64,000 nucleotides of DNA from Longimicrobiales bacterium. GTDB lineage: Bacteria > Gemmatimonadota > Gemmatimonadetes > Longimicrobiales > Gaopeijiaceae. The notes under the pieces are model-generated. The model was not told the DNA's origin and ran no database searches. It was given only the letters and a program-made list of their open reading frames with translations. Position 1 is the first letter of the stretch. Each line of letters opens with the position of its first letter. Of this stretch, positions 31,453 through 42,366 are shown in pieces. The DNA is taken from assembly GCA_965198065.1 (NCBI GenBank), contig CBDAON010000004.1, forward strand, positions 2,624,001-2,688,000. Reading direction: 5' to 3'. The position numbers were made by a program, and so were the translations under genes.

Positions 31453-33465
31453 TCAGCCGGCCTCGACGGACGAGGCGATCTCCCGCACGGAGTCGTACAT
31501 CTGCCTCCGCTCCTCGTCCGTGAGGCAGTATGGGGGAATCAGATAGACCGTGTTCCCGAGAGGGCGGAGGAGCAGGCCCCGCTCCAGGGCCTCGTGCTTG
31601 ACGAAGTTCCGGACGCGGCTCAGGTATCCCGTCTCGCCGCCAGTCTCCAGGTCGAACGCCGCAATCGTGCCCGTGACCCTGGGACGGACGGCCGGCGTCC
31701 CCTCGAGGCCTGTGAGGAACCGGCGGTGGTGGTCCTCCATCGTGCGGAAGACCGGCTCCGCCTCGGAGAGGAGCTCGAGCGAGGCGAGCGCGGCCGCACA
31801 TCCGAGCGGGTTCGCCGTGTAGCTGTGCCCGTGCCAGAGTGCCTTACGGGGATCGCTGCTCACGTACGCCTCGTAGACCTCCTTCGAGGCTACCGTCGCG
31901 GCCATGGGAAGAAAGCCGCCAGTTAGCCCCTTGGCAAGGCACACGATATCGGGATGGACGTCGGCCCGGGTGCAGGCGAACCAGTCTCCCGTGCGCCCGA
32001 ACCCCGTCATCACCTCGTCGAAGATGAGAAGGACGCCGAACCTACGCGCGATCGCCTCGATTCCCCGAAGGAAATCGGGTCGGCACATCCGCATCCCGCC
32101 CGCTCCCTGCACGAGCGGCTCGACGACGAGAGCCGCGTACCGCTCCGGCTCCGAGGCCAGGGCCGACTCCAGGCGCTTGAGCGCCGCGCCCTCCCGTTCG
32201 GCGACGCCGTCGTCCCCGATCCACGTGTCCGCGAAGGGGAGGTGGACCACGTCGAAGAGGAGGTCCGTGTAGGTGCGGGTGAAGAGCGACCGGGCGCCCA
32301 CCGCCATCGCGCCGAAGGTGTCCCCATGGTAGGCCCCCTCGAACGCCAGAAAGGTACGGCGCGCCTCACCGCGGTTGCTCCAGTGCTGGTAGGCCATCTT
32401 GAGCGCGACTTCGACCGCGGTCGACCCGTCGTCCGAGTAGAAGACCCGCTCGAGCGGAGGCGGGAGGAGCCGCGTGAGCGCCTCGGTCAGTCGCTCCGCG
32501 GGTTCGTGCGTGAAGCCGGCGAAGATCACGTGCTCGAGCCGCTCGGCCTGAGCGCGAATGGCGTCCGCGATCCGCGGGTTCGCGTGCCCGTGGAGGTTCA
32601 CCCACCAGCTGGAGATGCAGTCGAGGAGTGTCCGGCCGTCCTCCAGCTCCAGGCGGGCGCCTCGGCCGCTCACGACACGCAGGGGCGTCGCCATCCCGCC
32701 GATCGGCGTGTACGGGTACCAGAGGTTGGGATGCGAGTGGCCGGTCTCCCGCCCAGACGGGGCGGGCCCGTCCGTCCGCGCTGGGACGGCGCCCGGAGTT
32801 GTCTCCCTCGGGATCGCCGCTCTCACCCCCTCCAGGTCCAACTCTCGGAACGCGTCGAGGAGCGCCTTCCGGTCGATCGGGGTGAGCCTCGGAATCTGCC
32901 CCAGCACGCGGGTGGCGCCATAGTGCTCGATCGCGCTCCGGTTGCTCTCGTGTAGCTCTCCGTTCAGGACGACGCCCGCGACTTCGATCCCCCTCCGCCT
33001 GAGTTCGGAGAGCGAGAGGAGCGTGTGGTTCAGCGTCCCGAGTCCCGTGCGGGCCACCAGAAGTACGGGTAGGCCCATCCGCTCCACCACATCGACGAGA
33101 AGCGTCCGCGCGTTCAGGGGGACGAGGAGCCCACCCACCCCTTCGATCACGATCGGGCGATCGGGCGGGAGGGAGGCACGGACGATATCCTCCGGATCGA
33201 TCTCCACCCCCTCCTCCTCCGCCGCCGCGTGCGGGGACATGGGCTCGCGCAGCCGGTACACCTCGGGGAGGAAGCGGTCCGCGGTCAGTCCGGTCCAGCC
33301 GCGAACCACCTCGGTGTCCGTCGGCTCCGCCGTGCCTGCCTGGATCGGCTTCCAGTAGCGGCCGTCGAGGCCCAGCGTGAGGACGGCGCTCACCACAGTC
33401 TTCCCGACCCCGGTGTCGGTCCCGGTCACGAAGATCCGGGGTGGGGTGCTCCCGCCCATGATCAT
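31453..33465 (-). CDS. fused dethiobiotin synthetase / DAPA aminotransferase (BioD-BioA)
   Basis: [26 protein letters not shown], followed in frame by [51 protein letters not shown]. Confidence 0.92.
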   Translation of the reverse strand: MIMGGSTPPRIFVTGTDTGVGKTVVSAVLTLGLDGRYWKPIQAGTAEPTDTEVVRGWTGLTADRFLPEVYRLREPMSPHAAAEEEGVEIDPEDIVRASLPPDRPIVIEGVGGLLVPLNARTLLVDVVERMGLPVLLVARTGLGTLNHTLLSLSELRRRGIEVAGVVLNGELHESNRSAIEHYGATRVLGQIPRLTPIDRKALLDAFRELDLEGVRAAIPRETTPGAVPARTDGPAPSGRETGHSHPNLWYPYTPIGGMATPLRVVSGRGARLELEDGRTLLDCISSWWVNLHGHANPRIADAIRAQAERLEHVIFAGFTHEPAERLTEALTRLLPPPLERVFYSDDGSTAVEVALKMAYQHWSNRGEARRTFLAFEGAYHGDTFGAMAVGARSLFTRTYTDLLFDVVHLPFADTWIGDDGVAEREGAALKRLESALASEPERYAALVVEPLVQGAGGMRMCRPDFLRGIEAIARRFGVLLIFDEVMTGFGRTGDWFACTRADVHPDIVCLAKGLTGGFLPMAATVASKEVYEAYVSSDPRKALWHGHSYTANPLGCAAALASLELLSEAEPVFRTMEDHHRRFLTGLEGTPAVRPRVTGTIAAFDLETGGETGYLSRVRNFVKHEALERGLLLRPLGNTVYLIPPYCLTDEERRQMYDSVREIASSVEAG

Positions 33466-34652
33466 GGGCCGGTCCCACCGGGGCTGGGCCGCTGCTCGCA
33501 GAACTCCGAGAGGGCGCCGATCAACGCGGTCACATGATCCCGGGTGTGGAGGCGGCTCAGGCTGATGCGCAGCCGGGAGGTGCCAGCCGGTACCGCGGGG
33601 GGGCGGATGGCGACGGCGAGAATCGCTCGCGACTCGAGGTGCGCCGAGCATTCGAGCGCGCTGCGCTCGTCATCGAGCCCGATCGGCACGATCTGGGTGT
33701 CCGACGGGGAGGTGTCGAATCCTGCGTCTGCGAGCCGTTTGTGCGCCTCTGCCACCCGTCTCAGATACCGTTCCTGTTGGAGCTCCCCGCCCCTCACCTT
33801 TTGGAGCGCCACGGTCACGGCGCCAATCGTCGGCGGGGGCGGCGCGGTCGAATAGATGAACCCTCCGCAGAAGTTCACGAGGTGGGTGCGGAGCGTTTCC
33901 GGCGATGAAATGAACGCGCCGGACGCGCCGAAGGCCTTCCCGAAGGTCCCCAGAACGAGGTCGACCCGCTCGTGATCCGGCGCGAGCCCCCTGCCTGTGG
34001 GTCCCCAGACCCCGATGGCGTGGGCATCGTCCACCATGAGGAGCGCGCCGTGTCGTTCCGCCACGTCGCAGATCTCGGCCAGCGGGGCCCGGTCGCCGTC
34101 CATGCTGAAGACGGACTCGGTTACGATGAGGCGTACGCAGCCCGAGCCCCCGTTCTCGCGGGCGATCAGCTTCTCCAGGTGCTCCGGATCGTTGTGCTCG
34201 AAGCGGAGCAGCCGGGCTCGGCTGAGCTGCGCTCCGCGGAGGATGCTGTGGTGCGAGCGCCGATCGCAGAGAACGACGCCCGTCCGGTCCACGAGCGCGG
34301 GGATAATAGACGTGTTCGCCTGGTATCCCGAGGGGAAGAGGAGGGCTGCCTCGCGCCCCGTGAAGGCCGCCAGCTCGGTCTCGAGGTCCTCATGGATTGT
34401 GAGACCGCCCGAGACGAGGCGGGACGCCCCGGCGCCCGCCCCGTAGAGGCGTGCGTAGGATGCCGCGCCCTCCTCCACCTCGGGGTCCACCGCCAGGCCG
34501 AGATAGTCGTTCGAGCAGAAGTTGAGGAGGCGTGCTCCGTTCCGGACGACGAAGGGACCGCCCGACTCGGGCCGGTGGTGCCGGAGCACACGCAGGCGAT
34601 CGTCGCGAGCGCGCCGCTCGAGACCTTCCTCGAAGGGCCGCAGCCGACTCAT
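33462..34652 (-). CDS. bioF: 8-amino-7-oxononanoate synthase
   Basis: NFCSNDYLGL, ESVFSMDGD, VDDAH, GTFGKAFG, AIRPPAVP; ATG at 34652. Confidence 0.95.
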   Translation of the reverse strand: MSRLRPFEEGLERRARDDRLRVLRHHRPESGGPFVVRNGARLLNFCSNDYLGLAVDPEVEEGAASYARLYGAGAGASRLVSGGLTIHEDLETELAAFTGREAALLFPSGYQANTSIIPALVDRTGVVLCDRRSHHSILRGAQLSRARLLRFEHNDPEHLEKLIARENGGSGCVRLIVTESVFSMDGDRAPLAEICDVAERHGALLMVDDAHAIGVWGPTGRGLAPDHERVDLVLGTFGKAFGASGAFISSPETLRTHLVNFCGGFIYSTAPPPPTIGAVTVALQKVRGGELQQERYLRRVAEAHKRLADAGFDTSPSDTQIVPIGLDDERSALECSAHLESRAILAVAIRPPAVPAGTSRLRISLSRLHTRDHVTALIGALSEFCEQRPSPGGTGP

Positions 34653-34748
34653 GGCGTCCGGCCCGGGAGGGTCCGGTCCTGGCCCGCGGCCCGGCGAGGT
34701 AGCAAGTTCGGCGGGGGCGTCCGACGACTCCGCCGGAGACGTGCTTCG

Positions 34749-34976
34749 TTGATCTTTCTGGACAAGCATCGCGCGAGCGAACCGCCGGAGCGGCTCGAGT
34801 GGAGGGTCGGGATCTTCGCGCTCGGAGCGGCCCTCGCCCTGGCCGGCATGATGCTCTCGAGCGAATGGCTCATCCTCTCGGCGATCGCGGTCCTCCTCGC
34901 CGGCTTCCTCCTCCGCCTCACCCCGCGAGGGCGCCCGAGCGAGCCAGACGATCGCGACCCGGACCGTGGTTCCTAG
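34749..34976 (+). CDS. small two-TM membrane protein
   Basis: LEWRVGIFALGAALALAGMM...WLILSAIAVLLAGFLLR hydrophobic hairpin; TTG start assumed. Confidence 0.5.
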   Translation: MIFLDKHRASEPPERLEWRVGIFALGAALALAGMMLSSEWLILSAIAVLLAGFLLRLTPRGRPSEPDDRDPDRGS

Positions 34977-35127
34977 TGGACTCCAACCGGGGGTCGCCGA
35001 ACGGGAGGAGGTCCGCGATCTCGCTCCCGGTGAGGGCTCGTTGACGTCGGCTCGAACCCGTCGGAAGGCGACCCGCGCATGGCTTGGAAAGAGCCGGGGC
35101 TCAGCGGGCCTGCGAACGTAGTCGTCG

Positions 35128-36366
35128 ATGCCGGCTTCCACCAGCCGGCCCCCCGGGACCCGCTCTCGCATGGGGACGCCCGGCGTCCACACGCAGGTTT
35201 GGAGGGTGCCTCCCTGCCGGATTCCGCCCCCTTCTTCGGCCTTACTAGACGCGGTCCTGCGGGATCGCTTCGGGTACCGCGCGTTCCGGACCGGTCAGCG
35301 GGAGCTCGTTGAGGCGGCGCTCGCCGGGCGGGATGCAATGGGGATCCTCCCCACGGGGGCAGGGAAGACGATCTGCTACCAGGTTCCCGCAATGATGCTG
35401 GGCGGACTGACCGTCGTCGTGAGCCCCCTCGTCTCACTCATGGAGGACCAGCTCCGGCGGGCCCGAGCCGTGGGGCTGGACGCCCGGGCCCTCCACTCGG
35501 GCTCTCTCGTCCAGGGTGGCGTCGGCCTCCTCCTCCTCGCTCCCGAGCGCCTGGAGAGCGAGCGCTTCCGCTCCCTTCTCCCTCGGCTCGAGATCTCCCT
35601 CGTCGCCGTGGACGAGGCCCACTGCATCTCGATGTGGGGGCACGACTTTCGTCCCGCGTACCGCGCCATCGGGGCACTCAGGGACTCGGTTCCGGCCCCG
35701 GTCCTGGCGCTCACGGCGACGGCCACGCCCCGCGTCCGCTCGGACATTGAGCGAGCCCTCCGCATGAAGAGACCGGTTCGCTTCGTTGGGAGCTTCGACC
35801 GGCCGAACCTAATCTGGGCGGTCCGCCCCGTGCGGCGGGCGGAGGCGTATCACGCGGGGCTCCCTACTCCGGAGCGCGCCCGAGTGCAGGCGTACTTCCT
35901 CGAGAATCCGGCGCCGGTGGTGGTCGCGACGAACGCCTTCGGAATGGGAATCGATCGGGCGGATGTACGACTGGTAGTGCACGACCAGTTGCCGGGCTCT
36001 CTCGAGGACTATTACCAGGAGGCCGGTCGCGCCGGCCGGGACGGTGAGCGGGCGCTGTGCCTCGCGCTCGTCAGCCCGGAGGACGCGCGGGTTCACCGAT
36101 CCTTCCTCGACCGCGCCCACCCGCCCATCCGACGCTGGCGTGAGGCGTGGGCCCTCGCGGTCGGCCGCGGCCTCGGCGATCGGATCGAGCTCCGGCGGAG
36201 AGGGAAGGAGAAGCTCCGGGCCGTCCGTCGGTATGCGACGTCTAGAGCCTGTCGCCGGAGGCTCATCCTGGAGTGGTTTGGCGAACGCGACGGCCCTTAC
36301 CGCTGCGCCGCGTGCGACCGGTGCCTCGGGATGGCCGGGGTGGTGGGCCAACCGGGGATCCGATAG
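35128..36366 (+). CDS. recQ: RecQ-family helicase, internally shortened, no winged-helix or HRDC domain
   Basis: [57 protein letters not shown]...CAACDRC; start uncertain. Confidence 0.85.
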   Translation: MPASTSRPPGTRSRMGTPGVHTQVWRVPPCRIPPPSSALLDAVLRDRFGYRAFRTGQRELVEAALAGRDAMGILPTGAGKTICYQVPAMMLGGLTVVVSPLVSLMEDQLRRARAVGLDARALHSGSLVQGGVGLLLLAPERLESERFRSLLPRLEISLVAVDEAHCISMWGHDFRPAYRAIGALRDSVPAPVLALTATATPRVRSDIERALRMKRPVRFVGSFDRPNLIWAVRPVRRAEAYHAGLPTPERARVQAYFLENPAPVVVATNAFGMGIDRADVRLVVHDQLPGSLEDYYQEAGRAGRDGERALCLALVSPEDARVHRSFLDRAHPPIRRWREAWALAVGRGLGDRIELRRRGKEKLRAVRRYATSRACRRRLILEWFGERDGPYRCAACDRCLGMAGVVGQPGIR

Positions 36367-36666
36367 TTTTTTCCGGGGCAATGGAGCCGATTCGTCGGTC
36401 ATCCCCGGCGATTGGCCGGTCTTTTTTGGCAGGACGATGCACTATTCCTCGCGCGCGGCGGTGCCTCCGCGCGCGCAGTCGTCGTGTGATGTTCCTTCGC
36501 CTAGCGGCGGAGGGAACGCGGGACCTGATTAGCAGGGCGGCGTTCACTGCCGGGCCCTCGAGGCGGCCGACTCCGGTTTGTCCGACAGCATGTCGGACGT
36601 CGGGAGCGGCGCCACGAGCGGCGCGGGAGGAGCCCGATCCCCGGCTTCAGGCCCGAGGAGTCTTAC

Positions 36667-38235
36667 TTGAAAAGAGAGATTCTGATCAGCGCGACTCCGC
36701 GGGAGTCGTGGGTCGCGCTGATGGAAGAAGACCGCTTGGTCGAGCTCATGCTCGACCGGCCGGATCAGGGTCGCATCGTAGGAGACATCTTCCTCGGCAC
36801 GGTAGAGGCCGTGCTCCCGGGAATCCAGGCCGCCTTCGTGGACATCGGCACCGAGAAGGCGGGTTTCCTCCATGCCTCCGACCTCGTCGACGCGGAGGAG
36901 GAGGACGACGACGACCGGAACGAGGGACAGGCCCGGGACCGCGCCGGAGACGGACGCAGGGACCGTCCCCAGAAGTTCCCACCCATCCAGGAGCAGGTCA
37001 CTCGGGGACAGCGGATCCTAGTGCAGGTCACGAAGGAGCCGATCGGCACCAAGGGTCCCCGGCTTTCGGCGCAGGTCTCGCTTCCAGGGCGGTTTCTCGT
37101 CTACATGCCGTTCTCGGACCACGTCGGGATCAGCCGGAAGATCGATCAGCGGGACGAGCGGGCGCGCCTCCGCGCGCTCGCGAGGGAGATCCGGCCAGAA
37201 GGCTCGGGCGGCCTCATCATCCGGACCGTGTCCGAGGAGACGAGCAAGGAGAGGCTGGAGAAGGAGTTCCAGCGGCTTCACGCCCTCTGGTCCAAGATCA
37301 AGCGCCGCGCGGACTCGTCCAAGCCGCCCGAGCTCGTCCACCGCGAGGCCAAGCTCATCTCGGGCGTGATCCGGGACCTGTTCTCGGATAAGCTGGACCG
37401 GCTGATCGTCGACGACAAGCAGGTCTACAACGAGATCGCCCAGTACGTGAAGAGCGTGGACCCGGACCTCATGGGCCGGATCCAGCTCGACAAGGACCCG
37501 GTACCCCTCTTCGATCGTTACGGGATCGAGGACGGGATCGCAGAGGCGTTCCAGAAGAAGGTGATCCTTCCCTCGGGTGGCTACATCGTCGTGGAGTCAA
37601 CCGAGGCGCTGGTCTCGATCGACGTGAACACCGGTCGGTTCACGGGGAAGGGGAAGAAGGATCCCGAGGAGACGATCCTGCGCACGAACCTGGACGCCGC
37701 GCGGGAGATCGCCCGGCAGCTCCGGCTCCGGGACATCGGCGGGATCATCGTCGTGGATTTCATCGACATGGAGTCGCAGGAAAACCGGGACCGGGTGCTC
37801 CAGGAGCTGAGAACCCAGCTGGGGCGGGACCGGGCGCGTACGAGGGCGTATGCGGTCTCGGAGCTCGGCCTGATCGAGATGACCCGTCAGAGGGTGCGCC
37901 CGTCACTCTTCCATACGCTGTCGAGGGAGTGCGAGCACTGTGGGGGGGCGGGCCGCGTTTTCACGCCCCCGACGGTCGTGCGGCGGCTCGAGCGGAGCCT
38001 GAAGCGCGCGGTCGCCTCGGGAAATGAGCGCTCGCTTCTTCTCCTTGTCCACCCGGAAGTGGCCCTCCACGTGATCGAGGAGGAGCCCGACTTCCTAAAC
38101 CGCATTCGGAACCGCATGCAGATCCAGCTCGAGCTCCGTGACGATCCGCTTCTGCGGGAGGACGAGTTTCGAATCCTGTCCGGGCCGGCAGAGACAGACG
38201 TGACCGAGAGGTATCTGACGCCTCAGGCGGGTTGA
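36667..38235 (+). CDS. rng: ribonuclease E/G family (Rne/Rng)
   Basis: QAAFVDIG, VQVTKEPIGTKGPRL, IDVNTG, RLRDIGGIIVVDFIDM, CEHCGG. Confidence 0.95.
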   Translation: MKREILISATPRESWVALMEEDRLVELMLDRPDQGRIVGDIFLGTVEAVLPGIQAAFVDIGTEKAGFLHASDLVDAEEEDDDDRNEGQARDRAGDGRRDRPQKFPPIQEQVTRGQRILVQVTKEPIGTKGPRLSAQVSLPGRFLVYMPFSDHVGISRKIDQRDERARLRALAREIRPEGSGGLIIRTVSEETSKERLEKEFQRLHALWSKIKRRADSSKPPELVHREAKLISGVIRDLFSDKLDRLIVDDKQVYNEIAQYVKSVDPDLMGRIQLDKDPVPLFDRYGIEDGIAEAFQKKVILPSGGYIVVESTEALVSIDVNTGRFTGKGKKDPEETILRTNLDAAREIARQLRLRDIGGIIVVDFIDMESQENRDRVLQELRTQLGRDRARTRAYAVSELGLIEMTRQRVRPSLFHTLSRECEHCGGAGRVFTPPTVVRRLERSLKRAVASGNERSLLLLVHPEVALHVIEEEPDFLNRIRNRMQIQLELRDDPLLREDEFRILSGPAETDVTERYLTPQAG

Positions 38236-38303
38236 CCCGGAGGGGGCGCGCCCCCGAGATTCCCAGGTTCGTTACGGACGGGGTCACACGCGCGAGGCAT
38301 GCG

Positions 38304-38615
38304 ATGTATGCCGTTTTCCGGACGGGGGGGAAGCAGTTCCGAGCCGCCCCGGGAGAGTCTCTGAGGGTTCCGCACCTCACGGCCGAGCCAGGCGAGACCG
38401 TCGAGTTCGCCGACGTGCTCCTCGTCGCCGACGGAGACGACCTGAAGATCGGACGACCCGTCGTGGACGGCGCGTCGGTCACGGCGTCCGTTGTGGGCCA
38501 CGGGCGCGAGAAGAAGATCATCGTCTTCAAGCGGAAGCGCCGGAAGAACTTCCGCAGGAAGCAGAGTCACCGTCAGGGTTACACCGAGATCCGGGTCGAC
38601 GGGATCTCGGGCTGA
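38304..38615 (+). CDS. rplU: 50S ribosomal protein L21
   Basis: MYAVFRTGGKQF...KRKRRKNFRRKQSHRQ. Confidence 0.97.
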   Translation: MYAVFRTGGKQFRAAPGESLRVPHLTAEPGETVEFADVLLVADGDDLKIGRPVVDGASVTASVVGHGREKKIIVFKRKRRKNFRRKQSHRQGYTEIRVDGISG

Positions 38616-38630
38616 ACTGGAAGCACGTTC

Positions 38631-38885
38631 ATGGCGCACAAGAAGGGTGTAGGCTCCAGCAGAAACGGGCGGGATAGCAATCCCAGCTACCTCGGCATCA
38701 AGAGGTACGGTGGCGAGAGCGTCCTGGCGGGGGGGATCCTGGTTCGTCAGCGGGGCACCCAGTTCCACCCCGGTCGGAACGTTCAACGGGGCGGGGACGA
38801 CACGCTCTTCGCAATCGTCGACGGCGTGGTCCGCTTCGAGACGCTCCGCCGTCGCCCGTCCGTGTCGGTCTATCCCGCGGAGTAA
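38631..38885 (+). CDS. rpmA: 50S ribosomal protein L27
   Basis: [16 protein letters not shown]...LVRQRGT. Confidence 0.98.
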   Translation: MAHKKGVGSSRNGRDSNPSYLGIKRYGGESVLAGGILVRQRGTQFHPGRNVQRGGDDTLFAIVDGVVRFETLRRRPSVSVYPAE

Positions 38886-39106
38886 CGCTGCCGGGCCCGC
38901 TCGAACGGCGCCCCGGATCCGCCGCTGGGCGGAATCCTCTCCCCACCACACGCACACGATCCGCTCGGCCCAAAGCGATCGGATTCCGTCGGTTTTTGGG
39001 ACGGCCTACGTGTCCGTCCAGCGGATCCTCCGCTCCGACTGGAGGTACGAGCAGCGTCTGTACTCCTCGTCCATGGAGGCCCCGATCTGATGATGGAGGC
39101 CCCGAC

Positions 39107-40144
39107 ATGATGGATGACCACCGGAAGGGGAAGGTGCCGGACGCCCCGTCGTCGGCTGGCCCCGAGCGACGGCGGCGCCCCAGGACGGCGCTGGGGGCCC
39201 TCGTGGCGGCGCTTCCGACTGCCGTGCGGGTCGGCCTATCCGCTGCGGCGCTCGTGTCGGTCGCCCTGATCTTCCTCGCATGGTCGGGTACCCGCGTGAC
39301 ACCCGAGCCCGAGCCCGTGACTCCGATCCCCGGCGTCGCGTCGCTCATCGACGGTCGCCTGCCCGTGACCGTGAACGATCGGGTTGAATTCTGGATCCGG
39401 CAATTCCTCGACGGGGGGCGAGAGAGCTTCGAGGGATACCTGGTTCGGGAGGGGCTCTACGGCGGGATGATCCGCGAACGTCTGAGGGCGCGAGGCATGC
39501 CGGAAGAACTCCTCTATCTGGCCCTCATTGAGTCGGGGTTCTCGCCGGCCGCGACCTCCAGGGTCGAGGCGTCCGGGGTCTGGCAGTTCATGGGCGAGAC
39601 GGCGCTCGCCTACGGCCTCACGGTGGACTACTGGGTGGATGAGCGACGCGACCCGATCCGCGCGACGGATGCCGCGCTCGACTACCTTGAGGAGTTGTAT
39701 GCCCTGTTCGGCTCCTGGCACCTGGCCGCGGCGGCGTACAACGCCGGTCCATCCCGCGTGGCGCTGGCGCTCGAGCGTTACGACGCTGGGGGACGCGTGG
39801 ACGAGGAGGTCTACTGGGAGATCAGCGAGCACCTGCCCCGGGAGACTCGCGAATATGTGCCGAAGATGCTCGCCGCGACCCTGCTGGCGCAGCGCGCGGA
39901 GCACTTCGGCCTCACGGTCGAGAAGTCGGTACCGTACCTCTTCGAGAAGGTCTTCGTCCCGGGCGGAACCCCGCTCGGGAAGGTCTCGCAGGCGCTCGAC
40001 GTCCAGCCTTCCCTGATCCGGGAGATGAACCCGCACCTGATCCGCGGCGTAACTCCGCCGGGTGGGCCCTATCTGCTCAGGGTGCCCCTGGGGGATTCGC
40101 ATCGGCTGGTCGCTTCGCTCGATCGGCCGGGGCCGAGCGAGTAG
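39107..40144 (+). CDS. MltD-like lytic transglycosylase
   Basis: LALIESGF, ASGVWQFM, DERRDP, LAAAAYNAG, ETREYVPK; N-terminal TM; GGAGG SD before ATG 39107. Confidence 0.92.
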   Translation: MMDDHRKGKVPDAPSSAGPERRRRPRTALGALVAALPTAVRVGLSAAALVSVALIFLAWSGTRVTPEPEPVTPIPGVASLIDGRLPVTVNDRVEFWIRQFLDGGRESFEGYLVREGLYGGMIRERLRARGMPEELLYLALIESGFSPAATSRVEASGVWQFMGETALAYGLTVDYWVDERRDPIRATDAALDYLEELYALFGSWHLAAAAYNAGPSRVALALERYDAGGRVDEEVYWEISEHLPRETREYVPKMLAATLLAQRAEHFGLTVEKSVPYLFEKVFVPGGTPLGKVSQALDVQPSLIREMNPHLIRGVTPPGGPYLLRVPLGDSHRLVASLDRPGPSE

Positions 40145-40165
40145 CGCCGCTTCGACGCGACTACT

Positions 40166-40543
40166 CTACGAGCGATCCGTGGTGCGCAGGTCCCGGGGTC
40201 CTCCGCGCTCTGGCCATCCCGTGGGCCTCCCCTCCTGGATGGCCCTCGCCGAGGCGATGATCCGCCAGATCACATCCCGCGTCATCTCCTCGTCCACCTC
40301 CAGGTCCCGTGCGCGCGCGGCGGCGTTTCGCACGACCTGGGCTTCGCGCCCGGGGTCCATGACCCCAAGCCCCAGGATGGCCTTGAGACGTCCGATCTGG
40401 AGGACCAGCTCCCGCCGTTCACCGATCGTACGGATGAGGCGGTCGTCCACCTCGGTGATCCGCTCGCGGGCCCGCTCGAGCTCCCGCTCCGCCTCCTCCC
40501 GTGACGTCGGATCGGCGGAGCCCTCCCCGGCCGCGCGCGTCAC
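40166..40543 (-). CDS. chorismate mutase (AroQ type)
   Basis: LERARERITEVDDRLI...R...IGRLK...VMDPGREAQV. Confidence 0.85.
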   Translation of the reverse strand: MTRAAGEGSADPTSREEAERELERARERITEVDDRLIRTIGERRELVLQIGRLKAILGLGVMDPGREAQVVRNAAARARDLEVDEEMTRDVIWRIIASARAIQEGRPTGWPERGGPRDLRTTDRS

Positions 40544-40884
40544 CGGTCGTCGCCTCGCACTTCCGCCACGGCTTCAAGGGCCTTTACGACCTCGTCGATC
40601 AAGGAACGCGTACCGGCGGACGAGAGACCCTCGGCACCCACCTGGGAGCGGAGCCGCCGGAGGCGGACCAGAGCCGCGTGCAGACGCCCGTCCGGGCCGC
40701 TGCCGGTGGCTTCGTCGCCAAAGGGTGACGGAGCGCTCCCCTCGTCGGAGGAACCTTCGCCGAAGAGCCCCTCGAGCGACGGGGCGCTGGCGTCACGATC
40801 TTCGTCCATTGCGGCCTGAACATCGGGAGCCAGGGTGCGCCCGGCAAGAAGTCCGGGAATTGCCAGACGGTCTGCACGGGACAT
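40540..40884 (-). CDS. hypothetical protein
   Basis: ATG-initiated ORF whose stop overlaps the chorismate mutase start (GTGA). Confidence 0.5.
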   Translation of the reverse strand: MSRADRLAIPGLLAGRTLAPDVQAAMDEDRDASAPSLEGLFGEGSSDEGSAPSPFGDEATGSGPDGRLHAALVRLRRLRSQVGAEGLSSAGTRSLIDEVVKALEAVAEVRGDDR

Positions 40885-40932
40885 AGCTTTGAACTACACA
40901 GCGATCGTTGACCCGAACGCGAGTCTTGAGCC

Positions 40933-42366
40933 GTGCGCCATGGTGTGATCGCGCGATCGGGGTCGGCCGCGTTGAGCTTCTGGATCGCCGCCGTCCTCGC
41001 CCCCGCTTCGACCGAGTCGCAGATCACTGACCCATCCGGGCCCGTGTACCGGGTGCCGGTCCAGGGGGTGATCGAGCTCGGCCTCGCTCCGTTCATTGAG
41101 CGAAGCCTCGAAGAGGCAGCCCAGGCGGGAGCCGCCGCCGTGATCCTGGACGTGGACACCCCGGGTGGGCGCGTGGACGCGGCCGAGCGGATCACGAACG
41201 CCCTCGGCGATTCTCGCGTTCCCGTCTTCGCTCTCGTGAACCGGCACGCTTACTCCGCCGGCGCGATGATCGCGCTGGCGACGGATCGGATCTACATGCG
41301 TCCCGGCTCCGTGATTGGCGCCGCGACACCGGTGGACGCGACGGGCGAGAGGGCGCCCGAGAAGATTGTCTCCGCAATGCGAAGTGCGATGCGGGCGCTC
41401 GCCGAGACGCACGGGTTGGACCCAGCCGTGGCCGAGGCGATGGTGGACGAGGCGATCGGGATCCCGGGGGTGACCGAGTCGGGGCAGCTCCTCACGCTCA
41501 CGACGGAAGAGGCGGTGGACCTGGGCTACGCGGTCGAGGTCGAGGACTGGTCCTCCATGGTGTCGGCGCTCGGGGTTGCGCAGAGCGAGGTTGTGGACCA
41601 GGACGTGAACTGGGCCGAGCTCGTCGTGCGCTTCCTCTCGCACCCGCTCGTGTCTCCGTTCCTCCTCTCGCTCGGTTTCCTCGGGCTCCTCGTGGAGGTG
41701 CGCACGCCGGGAATCGGGCTCGCCGGGCTCGTCGGGGCGCTCTCCCTCGGGCTCTTCTTCGGATCGCACCTCATCATCGGCCTCGCCGGGCTCGAGGGCG
41801 TCCTCGTATTCCTGCTCGGCACGGTGCTCCTCCTAGTGGAGGTCTTCCTCGTGCCCGGGTTCGGGATCTTCGGGGCCCTGGGGGCGGCGGCCATGCTCGG
41901 CGGCGCCTACCTCTCCCTGCTCGGCGGACTCCCTACCGTTGACGACTTCACCAGGGCCGGGAGCGTGCTCACGGGCTCCCTCGTGATCGCGCTCCTCGGG
42001 TCCTGGGTCCTCATCAAGCGGCTCCCGGCGAGCCGGCGACTCACGAACCTCGGGATCTTCCTCGGACAGGAGACGAGCCGTGAGAGCGGCTTCACCTCCG
42101 CCGAGCTCAGGAGCGACCTGATCGGAGCGGAGGGCGTCGCGCTCACGGACCTACGACCGGCGGGCACGGGGCTCTTCGGCGAGGAGCGGGTCGATGTCGT
42201 GTCCGAGTCCGAGTGGATCGAGCACGGGAGCCCGATCCGGATCGTGTCCGCGGAGGGGTACCGGCGCATCGTGAGGCTTGTCCAGAGACCGGCGCTCGAG
42301 AGCAGGCCTGTAGAAGAAGCGCGACCCGCAGGTGGCGCAACCCGCGCAGGAGAACAGGCGGAATGA
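40933..42366 (+). CDS. nfeD: NfeD-family membrane protein (ClpP-like domain, TMs, OB fold)
   Basis: [23 protein letters not shown] block, [11 protein letters not shown]. Confidence 0.92.
   Translation: MRHGVIARSGSAALSFWIAAVLAPASTESQITDPSGPVYRVPVQGVIELGLAPFIERSLEEAAQAGAAAVILDVDTPGGRVDAAERITNALGDSRVPVFALVNRHAYSAGAMIALATDRIYMRPGSVIGAATPVDATGERAPEKIVSAMRSAMRALAETHGLDPAVAEAMVDEAIGIPGVTESGQLLTLTTEEAVDLGYAVEVEDWSSMVSALGVAQSEVVDQDVNWAELVVRFLSHPLVSPFLLSLGFLGLLVEVRTPGIGLAGLVGALSLGLFFGSHLIIGLAGLEGVLVFLLGTVLLLVEVFLVPGFGIFGALGAAAMLGGAYLSLLGGLPTVDDFTRAGSVLTGSLVIALLGSWVLIKRLPASRRLTNLGIFLGQETSRESGFTSAELRSDLIGAEGVALTDLRPAGTGLFGEERVDVVSESEWIEHGSPIRIVSAEGYRRIVRLVQRPALESRPVEEARPAGGATRAGEQAE

Noticed and set aside
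34977..35170. LexA-like GAA repeat upstream of recQ
   Set aside because: Spacing is 10 bp and the pentamers do not match CCGAA-N6-CCGAA.
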